From Pyrodictium abyssi (GTDB lineage Archaea; Thermoproteota; Thermoprotei_A; Sulfolobales; Pyrodictiaceae): 32,000 nt of DNA. Below are positions 25,133-32,000 of the stretch, in pieces (position 1 is the stretch's first letter; each line of letters starts with the position of its first letter). Both the position numbers and the translations under genes were made by a program. The notes beneath the pieces were generated by a model. That model was not told the DNA's origin, ran no database searches, and saw only the letters and a list, made by a program, of their open reading frames with translations. The stretch lies in NCBI RefSeq assembly GCF_036323395.1, contig NZ_AP028907.1, positions 1,770,001-1,802,000 on the forward strand, read 5' to 3'.

Positions 25133-25586
25133 CTAGCGCGTATGCGGGCCGTGGCCTCCCATGGAGGCTGGTTCTAGGGCGTCCACGGTGGCGGTTTTCA
25201 CGCCAGCTCTGCTGGCTTTTTCTCTCAGCTCTCTGTCCTGGGTGACCAGGGTTAGGCCGTGCTTCCGGGCCATGTACGCGTAGGCGGCGTCGTAGAATGT
25301 TAGCCCGGTTTCTAGTGCTAGCCTGGCTACGCCCTGGTAGTCGCCGGTGCCTCTCACGCTGAGTACATGCATCGAGCTGAGTATGGCTACTAGCTTCTCG
25401 GCCTTCTCTAGGGCCTCCTCCACGCCCGTGTCTCCGAGCAGGCGTGCCTCCTTCCAGACGACGCTGCCGAGCCCGGTGGTACGCGAGGTCGAGTGTGTAG
25501 GATTCACGCAGGACCGGGACCACCGCGTCGCCGTATCTGCGTAGGGCGACCGCTATAGCGCTGGAGTCCAGCAGGTAGCCGGCCAC
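25133..25586 (-). pseudogene. vapC: PIN-domain VapC disrupted by a frameshift near 25465-25485
   Basis: The N part (AGYLLDSSAIAVALRRYGDAVVPVLRESYTLDLAYH) is in one frame. The rest (GLGSVVWKEARLLGD ... GLTFYDAAYAYMARKHGLTLVTQDREL) is in another. It is a close paralogue of 23978-24385. Confidence 0.7.
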
Positions 25587-25824
25587 GGGGCACCCGCCGT
25601 GCTCTCCTCTGCTCCTTCACCAGCCTGGCTATCTCGTCCTCTGGGAGCCTGCTGAAGAACTCCTGTAGCTCCCGGGCAGCGGCCCGTAGCTCCTCCTCCC
25701 TCTTCTCCAGCTCCTCTTCGAGGGCTCGGCGCAGAACCTCGCCGACGTCTATATTGTACCTCTTCAGCTCCTCGTAGAGCTCTCTCCTAACCCTGGCGGA
25801 GACAGTGACGTAGCCACTAGTCAA
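25504..25824 (-). CDS. vapB: Ribbon-helix-helix antitoxin VapB (the C-terminal tail may be aberrant)
   Basis: YVTVSARVRRELYEELKRYNIDVGEVLRRALEEELEKR. A paralogue of 24394-24618, but the ORF runs about 80 nt into the vapC start instead of stopping before it. Confidence 0.72.
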   Translation of the reverse strand: MTSGYVTVSARVRRELYEELKRYNIDVGEVLRRALEEELEKREEELRAAARELQEFFSRLPEDEIARLVKEQRRARRVPRGRLPAGLQRYSGRPTQIRRRGGPGPA

Positions 25825-25865
25825 GCAGGCCCCACCCTAAGGTACCACTAGACCCCTACCAGGCA

Positions 25866-25873
25866 CTAATAAG
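25866..25873 (-). promoter_or_regulatory. TATA-box-like element CTTATTAG
   Basis: AT-rich octamer 42-49 nt upstream of the TTG start at 25824. Confidence 0.3.
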
Positions 25874-26073
25874 GACAAGCGCAGCAGAGGAACCCACCGC
25901 CTCCATGGATACGACATCTCCAACAGGCTCCCGCTTCTCGGGCCCCTGGGTCCTTAGGCCTGCCGGAGGGGCTCGCATCGTTCTGAAAATATCTCGTGGC
26001 TGGTGCGCTGCTCTATCCCCGCCGGGGCCCTCTATCCCGGAGAGCCGCCCTCCGAGGAGTATCCAGGACAAGT

Positions 26074-26080
26074 CTTATAC
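26074..26080 (+). promoter_or_regulatory. TATA-box-like element (CTTATAC, in the shared TATACGCGGC motif)
   Basis: 34-40 nt upstream of the ATG at 26114. The 10-mer is identical to the one at 16098-16107. Confidence 0.3.
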
Positions 26081-26113
26081 GCGGCAGGGGCGTATGTGCG
26101 TGTTGGTGTGTGC

Positions 26114-26404
26114 ATGTCGGTGAACATTACTGTCCGTATACCGCGTAGGCTCGCAGAGGAGATGAAGAAGCACCGGGAGATAAACTGGAGCGAGGTAGTG
26201 AGACGCAGCATCGAGGAGTACCTCCGGCGCCTAGACGAGGCTAGGCGCCTCGAGACGCCCGGCGAGCTGCTCGAGGAGCTACGCAGGCTAGGCGTAGGCC
26301 CAGAGGACCTCGAGCCCCTACCACCCGGCGCCGAGGAGGAGTACTACGGGAGGATGGTGGCCGAGGAGTGGAGGAGGGTAAGATCTACGACACAAGCGCA
26401 GTGA
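26114..26404 (+). CDS. vapB: RHH/VapB-type antitoxin
   Basis: MSVNITVRIPRRLAEEMKKHREINWSEVVRRSIEEYL. ATG at 26114; the ORF-track start at 26003 is unlikely. Confidence 0.8.
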   Translation: MSVNITVRIPRRLAEEMKKHREINWSEVVRRSIEEYLRRLDEARRLETPGELLEELRRLGVGPEDLEPLPPGAEEEYYGRMVAEEWRRVRSTTQAQ

Positions 26405-26709
26405 TAGAGCTGGTGGCGCGGAGACGGGCCCCGCTAGTACCAGGCTACATATCCGTGCTGACAGCGGTAGAGTACCCGCCGGCCGTGCCCCGCGTACTAG
26501 GGATACTGTACCCCACGAAGCAGGACTACCGGCTCGCAGTAGCATGGCAGGCCAAGCTCCGCAGGCTCGGCGCGCCGATGCCGGCAGTAGACCTCGTCAT
26601 AGCCGCCCAGGCGTACAACAACGGCATGGAGCTAGTAGCGCTCGATAAGCACTTCCAGCTCCTAAAGGAGAAGATAGCGCCAGACCTCAAGCTGGTAGAG
26701 GAGCTATAG
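26368..26709 (+). CDS. vapC: Short PIN-domain toxin VapC
   Basis: KIYDTSAVIEL, VLTAVEY, AVDLVIAAQAYNNGMELVALDKHF. It overlaps the antitoxin gene. Confidence 0.8.
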   Translation: MEEGKIYDTSAVIELVARRRAPLVPGYISVLTAVEYPPAVPRVLGILYPTKQDYRLAVAWQAKLRRLGAPMPAVDLVIAAQAYNNGMELVALDKHFQLLKEKIAPDLKLVEEL

Positions 26710-26779
26710 CAGCATGCTGCAGCACACAGCGCCCCTGGGGGACCCACGCCCCGCTGTACCCCCGGGGGGCCAGAGGCTT

Positions 26780-27364
26780 CTACGGGCCCAGGACGCGTCT
26801 AAGCGCCTCTAGGAGCCGGGGCTCCTCGGCGCTGTTCTCTAGGTGTAGGAACCTGACTCCAAGCCTGCTGCACGCCTCGGCGTAGGCGGGGTTGTCGTCT
26901 ACGAGTAGCAGCTCGCCCGGCGGGGCCCCGGTCCCGGCTAGTATCATGCGCAGCATCTCCTCCTTGCTGGGGTGGTCGTCGCGGGTGACTAGGCCGCGGA
27001 AGTAGCCCAGCAGGCCGTGCCTCCGTAGGAACGGCTCCACGACGGCCCGGGGCTGGAGGGTCGCCAGGTACACCTCTAGGCCGTGGCCGCGGGCTAGCTG
27101 GAGCGCTGGCTCCACGTCGGGGAAGGGGGCCGCCCTCTCCGCGGCTTCGCGCTCGAAGCGCTCGAGCACACGGCTGGCGAGAGCGTACTCCCCGGTGCCC
27201 CATAGGCTGGCCAGGAGCCGGGTCAGGCTAGCCACGGGGCGCCCGAGGACCCGGGACACCTCCCGGCGGGCCCGCTGCCAGTCCACCGGCAGCCTCGTGA
27301 CCACCCCATCGAAGTCGAGTACCAGGACCGAGACCCTACCCCGGCGGCTGCTCATCCCCCTCAT
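26780..27364 (-). CDS. HAD-superfamily hydrolase/phosphatase
   Basis: Motif I VLVLDFDGVV, motif II-like LATLQ and motif IV LLVDDNP. 194 aa. Confidence 0.85.
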   Translation of the reverse strand: MRGMSSRRGRVSVLVLDFDGVVTRLPVDWQRARREVSRVLGRPVASLTRLLASLWGTGEYALASRVLERFEREAAERAAPFPDVEPALQLARGHGLEVYLATLQPRAVVEPFLRRHGLLGYFRGLVTRDDHPSKEEMLRMILAGTGAPPGELLLVDDNPAYAEACSRLGVRFLHLENSAEEPRLLEALRRVLGP

Positions 27365-27437
27365 CCTGCCGGGGAGCAGCGATGACCACCTACTTCCGGC
27401 TTACGGTCCCAGCGGGGCGCTGCAAGCCCCCGGGGGG

Positions 27438-27899
27438 CTAGCCGTGTTTCCTGACGAACTCCTCCTCGTGGATTATGCTGGTTGTGTCTTCTCCCACCGC
27501 TTCTAGGAAGTCTAGGAGCCTCATGTCTCTCGTCAGGAAGCTTAGCCTCCGTGTCTTCGACGTCGTGTAGAGGAGGAGGTCTATAAGGTCTTTGAACCCT
27601 TTCCTGCGCAGTTCTAGCGCCTTCAGGTACCCTGCTGCCGTGGGCTGGGTTGCCCTAAACGCCTCCCTGATAGACTTTAGCCCAAGCATCACCCTTCTCC
27701 TGTCATAGTCTATTCTCGAGAGCTTGCCCATTATCTCGAATACGTTGAACTGTGTGTAGTAGATCTCGGCTCTCCCTAGCCTGTATAGCTTCTCTAGCAC
27801 GGTTAGTGCCTCCTCCACCCCCTCTACATCGACCCCCACTACCGGCAGCAGGTACGTCGTGTCTAGTAGTATTCTAATCCTGTTCTCCGAGGAGTTCAC
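27438..27899 (-). CDS. vapC: PIN-domain protein (VapC-like)
   Basis: IRILLDTTYLLPVVG, QFNVFEIMGKL, LSFLTRDMRL. It overlaps the upstream AbrB gene. Confidence 0.8.
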   Translation of the reverse strand: MNSSENRIRILLDTTYLLPVVGVDVEGVEEALTVLEKLYRLGRAEIYYTQFNVFEIMGKLSRIDYDRRRVMLGLKSIREAFRATQPTAAGYLKALELRRKGFKDLIDLLLYTTSKTRRLSFLTRDMRLLDFLEAVGEDTTSIIHEEEFVRKHG

Positions 27900-28128
27900 C
27901 CTGCATCTCCTCTGACTCCTTCTCGAACTCCTCGAAGCTTGTCTTGGCGAACTTAGGGTACCTCAGCGCCAGCTCGAAGGGGTCGGGCACTACCTCTATG
28001 ACCACCTTGTTGTCCTTTACTCTCAGCTTTACAACAGTACCCTCCTTTATGCCGACGGCCTCAGCTATACTCTTGGGTATGTAGAGCATGTTCTTCCGGC
28101 CTACACGGGTCCTAGCAACCAGGCCCAA
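27874..28128 (-). CDS. vapB: AbrB/SpoVT-type antitoxin VapB
   Basis: VGRKNMLYIPKSIAEAVGIKEGTVVKLRVKDNKVVIEVVP. Confidence 0.9.
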   Translation of the reverse strand: MGLVARTRVGRKNMLYIPKSIAEAVGIKEGTVVKLRVKDNKVVIEVVPDPFELALRYPKFAKTSFEEFEKESEEMQGELLGEQD

Positions 28129-28164
28129 GCACGCCCGCCAGGATGATACACATACTCCTAGACG

Positions 28165-28171
28165 GTAAAAA
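28165..28171 (-). promoter_or_regulatory. TATA-box-like element TTTTTAC
   Basis: 37-43 nt upstream of the TTG start at 28128, the same spacing as in the other TA operons here. Confidence 0.3.
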
Positions 28172-28365
28172 CACTCCCAGACAAAGGGGCCTCGTCCAGG
28201 CCCGAAAAGAGCCGGCTGGCCTGGGGAGAGACAGCCGGGTCCGAGTACTCCGCGGGGCCATAGGGACCGGGAGAGGGCAAGCCGCCGGGAGGAACGGCTA
28301 TGCTGTATGTGGTAGGCTCCTCGGTCTACGCTAGCATGCTACAAGCGGAAGGGATGACTGGTCTA

Positions 28366-29499
28366 CTAGCCCTCCTGGCTTTGCTCCTCTGCTATGCGCT
28401 TTATGGTCTCGGCTATCGCCCTGGCCTGCTCCACTGTCACGGCTGGGTGTACTGGTAGGCTGAGGACCTGCCTGGCTGCTTTCCTGGCTTCGGGGCAGCC
28501 CCTGGGGCAGTCTATGCCGAGCCGCTTGTAGAGCGGCTGGTCTGGTATAGCGCGCGGGTAGTGTACCGCGGTTGCTATGCCGTGTTGGCGTAGTTTCTCT
28601 GCTAGCTGGTCCCGGGTTAGCGGGAAGGCTTCTGTGACGCGGACTACGTACTGGTGGTAGACGTGGCGGGCCCAGGGCTTCTCGGCCGGCGGGGCTATGC
28701 CATCTACACTGCGGAGTATCCTTGTCATTGTCTCGGCGTTCTCTCTTCTGCGCCTGTTCATCCAGTCTAGCTTGCGGAGCTGGGCGCGGCCTATCGCGGC
28801 CGCTATGCTCGTCATTCTCAGGTTGTAGCCTAGCTCTGTGTGGAGGTACTTCTCTGCCTGGCCGTGGTTCCTTAGGAGGCGTATCCTCTCGGCCACCTCC
28901 CTGTCGTTGGTGGTCACCATTCCGCCCTCGCCGGTGGTCATGTTCTTGGTGGGGTAGAAGCTGAAGGCTGCCGCGTCCCCCAGCGAGCCTACGCGGCGGC
29001 CCATGTACTCTGCTCCGTGTGCCTGGGCAGCGTCCTCTATGAGTACTAGCCCGTGGTCCTCGGCTATCTCGCGTAGGGGCTTCATGTCGGCGGGGTGGCC
29101 GTAGAGGTGGACTGCTATTATCGCGCGGGTCCGGGGAGTTATGAGCTCCACCACGCTGTCCGGGTCTAGGTTGTAGGTCTCGGGGTCTATGTCGGCGAAT
29201 ACGGGCCTGGCGCCCTGGTATAGCACCGCGTTAGCGGTGGCTATGAAGCTGAACGGTGTGGTTATCACCTCGTCTCCCGGGCCTATGCGGTAAGCCTTGA
29301 GCAGCAGATCTAGCGCCGCTGTGCCGCTGGAGACCGCGACCGCGTAGTCCACGCCTATGTACTCGGCGAACTCGCGCTCGAACTCCTCCACCTCAGGGCC
29401 GTGGGCTAGCATCCCGGAGCGGAGGACCCGCTCAACCGCCTCCAGCTCCTCGGGGCCTATCATGGGCCGTGCTATCGGGATCAAGACCGGGGCCACCAC
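28366..29499 (-). CDS. DegT/DnrJ/EryC1/StrS-family PLP-dependent sugar aminotransferase (WbpE-like)
   Basis: IPIARPMIGPEELEAV start, DAAQAHGA, and FSFYPTKNMTTGEGGMV with the Schiff-base Lys. 377 aa. Confidence 0.95.
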   Translation of the reverse strand: MVAPVLIPIARPMIGPEELEAVERVLRSGMLAHGPEVEEFEREFAEYIGVDYAVAVSSGTAALDLLLKAYRIGPGDEVITTPFSFIATANAVLYQGARPVFADIDPETYNLDPDSVVELITPRTRAIIAVHLYGHPADMKPLREIAEDHGLVLIEDAAQAHGAEYMGRRVGSLGDAAAFSFYPTKNMTTGEGGMVTTNDREVAERIRLLRNHGQAEKYLHTELGYNLRMTSIAAAIGRAQLRKLDWMNRRRRENAETMTRILRSVDGIAPPAEKPWARHVYHQYVVRVTEAFPLTRDQLAEKLRQHGIATAVHYPRAIPDQPLYKRLGIDCPRGCPEARKAARQVLSLPVHPAVTVEQARAIAETIKRIAEEQSQEG

Positions 29500-29511
29500 G
29501 CGTCTCCAGCG

Positions 29512-30300
29512 CTACCCCTCAAGGTACGTGTAGAGCTTTATGCCGAGCCTCTGCGCCAGCCTCTCGGCGCGCCTGTCCACGAAGCCGCCGAGTATAGCCA
29601 GCTCGGGCCGGACGCCCTCCTGCTTTTCGTAGAGCCTGGCTATCCTCGATAGCTCGAGTACGTCGCTGGTATCCACTCGGCTCTTCACCTCAACCAAGAT
29701 GTGGACCCCGTCCCTGACCACGACGTCTACTTCCACCTCCGAGGGGTAGCCGTAGACCAGGCCCTCGGCATCGTAGACGCTCCACCGGTGCGCCGTAGCC
29801 CCGAAGTACTCCTCAAGTATGCCTCTCATCGCCTCGCGGAACGCGTGCTCGCTCAGCACGCCGAACCGGTGCGCCACCGTGGCCAGCGTGCGGTCTAGCC
29901 GCTCGAGCCTCTCCTCCACCCTCTGCTGCCTCTCCTCGAGACGCTGCTGGCTCTCCCGGAGCGCCAGCACCTCACGCCAGAGCTTCTCTATCTCCCTCAT
30001 AACCTGCTCCATCCTCTCCTCCAGGCGCTGCTGCCTCTCGGCGAGCCCCGCGAACCTCTCCTCGAGGCGGGCGAATCTCTCCTCAAGCCTAGTAATGCGC
30101 TCCAGTATCTCCCGGTAGCCCAGCAGCCCCATCAACGCGTAGCGGAGTTCTGGGTCGGACTCGACGAGCTCTAGGAGAGCCCGCTTAAGCCTCCCAGCGT
30201 CGATAGTATTGCTGGAGGACAAGGCATAGCCACCGCAGTGAACCCCGTCTAGCCTCCGGGTAGGACGTACGCCTATAGCCGCTAGAAGTAGCTTAGGCAC
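29512..30300 (-). CDS. Coiled-coil protein with a C-terminal PD-(D/E)XK-like nuclease fold (DUF3782-like)
   Basis: Long heptad region (RLEERFARLEERFAGLAERQQRLEERMEQ..). The C-terminus EVEVDVVVRDGVHILVEVKS fits D..E-x-K. It lies 12 nt upstream of the DegT gene. The start is uncertain. Confidence 0.65.
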   Translation of the reverse strand: MPKLLLAAIGVRPTRRLDGVHCGGYALSSSNTIDAGRLKRALLELVESDPELRYALMGLLGYREILERITRLEERFARLEERFAGLAERQQRLEERMEQVMREIEKLWREVLALRESQQRLEERQQRVEERLERLDRTLATVAHRFGVLSEHAFREAMRGILEEYFGATAHRWSVYDAEGLVYGYPSEVEVDVVVRDGVHILVEVKSRVDTSDVLELSRIARLYEKQEGVRPELAILGGFVDRRAERLAQRLGIKLYTYLEG

Positions 30301-30338
30301 CGTAAACCCTTATTAAACACCCCTGCAGCCCTCGATAG

Positions 30339-30728
30339 CTACTCCGATGGGCTACTGAGGTATTCCTCTAGCTCCTGTTCCTCGCGCTCGAGCTCGTCGA
30401 GGTTCTCGGGTATACGCTTGACCCGGAAGACTCCTATCCTGTAGTCGTAGAACTCGCTCGGCTCCGGGGGCTCAACCACAGCCACCAGCTCAGCCTCGGC
30501 GCCCAGGTCCTCGAGGGTGTAGCGTAGGTCGTCTACCCAGTCGTTTATCCCGCACGTGGCGCAGAAGCTCCCCTCGAAGACCACGTAGGCCCGGTCCCCC
30601 TGTATCTTTAGGAGCCGTGCGCGGGACTCTGCGCCGCGGTAGCGGTTGTAGCGGCGTATAGCCAGCTCCATTAGCCGGCGTAGGCGTTGCTCGTAGCCCG
30701 GGTCGCGCCTGACAGCTAGCTGGCTCAC
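30339..30728 (-). CDS. Conserved-looking hypothetical protein with a CxxC motif
   Basis: 129 aa ORF with coding-like composition (YVVFEGSFCATCGINDWVDDLRYTLEDLG). No family recognised. Confidence 0.5.
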   Translation of the reverse strand: MSQLAVRRDPGYEQRLRRLMELAIRRYNRYRGAESRARLLKIQGDRAYVVFEGSFCATCGINDWVDDLRYTLEDLGAEAELVAVVEPPEPSEFYDYRIGVFRVKRIPENLDELEREEQELEEYLSSPSE

Positions 30729-30875
30729 GGCTGGCTGGCACCCTAGGGTGTAGACACGCTTCCCTTAACACGCGTTAATAAGTGGTTAGCGCCGCCGCGG
30801 GCCGCTGCACATCCTGCAGCGTCGCAGCGGGCTACCCTAGATATACCGGGCACGGCGTATACTCAACCAGGGTGC

Positions 30876-31178
30876 ATGCCCGTGACCGAGCTTAGAGTAC
30901 AGCTCCTCGGCTCCGAGAAGAGAGAAGACCTCTACACGGCCAGGCTCAGCGTAGAGTACGCTGGGCACAGCTACCAGCTAGAAGTCCCCCGCCTGGTACG
31001 CGAGCCCGCGCGGCTAAGCTTCCGGCTCCAGGGCGACTACCTGCTCATCGAGCTATTCGACCGGGAGGACAAGCCCCTAGCAACCTGCTGTATCCACAAA
31101 GGCCACCTGGATAAGGGCTGCCTAGACTGCCCCTCCCTCATACCCCCGCCCCGGGGCGAAGCCCAGGCCTGCAGGTAG
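30876..31178 (+). CDS. Hypothetical protein
   Basis: 100 aa ORF divergent from 30339-30728. The N-terminal two-thirds are plausibly globular; the C-terminus is Cys-rich. No family recognised. Confidence 0.4.
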   Translation: MPVTELRVQLLGSEKREDLYTARLSVEYAGHSYQLEVPRLVREPARLSFRLQGDYLLIELFDREDKPLATCCIHKGHLDKGCLDCPSLIPPPRGEAQACR

Positions 31179-31438
31179 CCCGGGGGCCGCACCGTTTATC
31201 CCGCCCAGGCGCCCCATAACCCGGCGTGGAGGGCCGTGGGGCTCCCCCGGCCCCGCCCCGCCGACTGGGCCGCGTGCCGGCCCGCCCAGCGACACGGAGG
31301 GGAGGAGGCGGGGACCGGCAAGGCCGGTATACCCTCCACCCCCTACCCCCCTTGTCTGTGCTCCATCCTCTGCGGGGCAGAGCCCTAGGCACTCTGGTAG
31401 CCCCCGAGGGTCCCTCCGTATAGCTGGGCTGGCCAGAG

Positions 31439-32000
31439 ATGGACAAGTGTCTCGAGATACGTGGCGCCTCCAAGCAGTACCCGGGCGGCATAGTGGCAGT
31501 GGACGGTGTAAGCCTCACAGCCAGCTGCGGCACCGTCACCGCGCTGCTTGGGCCCAATGGGAGCGGGAAGAGCACCCTACTAGCCATGGCCGCGGGAGTG
31601 CTGAGGCCTAGCAGCGGAGTCTTCCTCGTCGCCGGGCTCGAGGTCTGGGGGCCCCGTGGCAGGGACGCCCGGAGGCTCCTCGGCTACATGCCGCAGGCTG
31701 AGCCGTTCCACCCGCTGCTCACCGGCTGGGAGAACCTCGCGCTCCACGCCTCCATGAGGGGTGTCCGGCTCGACCGGGGCCTGGTCCTAGAGCTCGCAGA
31801 GGAGCTGGGCCTCGGCCGGGAGGCGCTGGGCCGGCGCGTCGGCGGCTACAGCGGGGGTATGAAGAGGAAGCTCGCGCTCATAGCGGCTGTGCTCCACCAG
31901 CCCCGGGTGCTCCTCCTCGACGAGCCGGACTCGGGTCTTGATCCAGGCTCGCGGCGCCGGCTCGCAGAGGTTCTCCGGCGGCTAGCCCGCAGCGGCGCCG
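31439..32000 (+). CDS. ABC transporter ATP-binding protein (3' end outside the window)
   Basis: Hand translation from the ATG at 31439 has no stops to the window end. It shows Walker A GPNGSGKST, Q-loop MPQ, signature YSGGMKRKL and Walker B LLLDEPDSGLD. Confidence 0.9.
   Translation, partial: MDKCLEIRGASKQYPGGIVAVDGVSLTASCGTVTALLGPNGSGKSTLLAMAAGVLRPSSGVFLVAGLEVWGPRGRDARRLLGYMPQAEPFHPLLTGWENLALHASMRGVRLDRGLVLELAEELGLGREALGRRVGGYSGGMKRKLALIAAVLHQPRVLLLDEPDSGLDPGSRRRLAEVLRRLARSGA

Noticed and set aside
967-25586. Interpreting the many disrupted genes (121-1209, 1223-2160, 16328-16786, 18580-19452, 25133-25586) as programmed recoding events
   Set aside because: No shared slippery heptamer or stimulatory structure is evident, and the lesions are of different kinds (TGA, TAG, +/-1 shifts). 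Decay or sequencing error is the conservative explanation. They are kept as findings to verify, not as recoding claims.
1-32000. Search for CRISPR arrays, tRNA/rRNA genes, and transposase or integrase genes that could explain the cassette-like repeats
   Set aside because: I saw no regularly spaced short repeats, no tRNA-like acceptor/T-arm sequences and no rRNA-like stretches. No ORF has recombinase motifs (DDE, or the tyrosine recombinase R-H-R-Y context). This was by-eye inspection only, so tRNAscan/Infernal and HMM scans should confirm it.

Overview
This looks like an archaeal chromosome segment. Gene content and the very GC-rich, GTG/TTG-started genes suggest a hyperthermophilic crenarchaeon, possibly Desulfurococcales/Aeropyrum-like. 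That assignment is tentative and not checkable here. The window has three parts. (1) 1 to about 12,000 is an AT-rich surface-glycan / N-glycosylation-type island. It carries an FkbM methyltransferase, a GT2, a sugar nucleotidyltransferase, a Gfo/Idh/MocA oxidoreductase, an NDP-sugar dehydrogenase, three GT4/GT1-type glycosyltransferases and a Wzx-like flippase. Two of these genes are disrupted, by an in-frame TGA and by a frameshift. A GC-rich ATP-grasp gene follows at 12063-13178. (2) 13.2-28.3 kb is a very GC-rich, extremely dense array of toxin-antitoxin-like two-gene modules. It holds nine VapBC pairs using at least three antitoxin folds, a HEPN/MNT pair, an AbrB + DUF6516/TumE-like pair, an RHH-DUF5678 + retropepsin-like aspartic protease pair, an orphan DUF2283 gene and one HAD hydrolase. 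Several modules are decayed (in-frame stop or frameshifts). The array also contains duplicated gene fragments: ATP-grasp 5' and 3' ends, a vapB fragment and an AF2212-type antitoxin fragment. A 43-44 bp direct repeat brackets one cassette, and C5G5 palindromes sit at cassette borders. (3) 28.4-32 kb holds a DegT-type sugar aminotransferase, a coiled-coil PD-(D/E)XK-like protein, two uncharacterised proteins and the 5' part of an ABC ATPase gene. I recognised no rRNA, tRNA, CRISPR array, transposase or integrase. The strongest candidates for something undescribed are the RHH-DUF5678 / DTG-protease pair and the cassette-like, repeat-bounded organisation of the TA array. All domain calls come from motif recognition by eye, not from searches.
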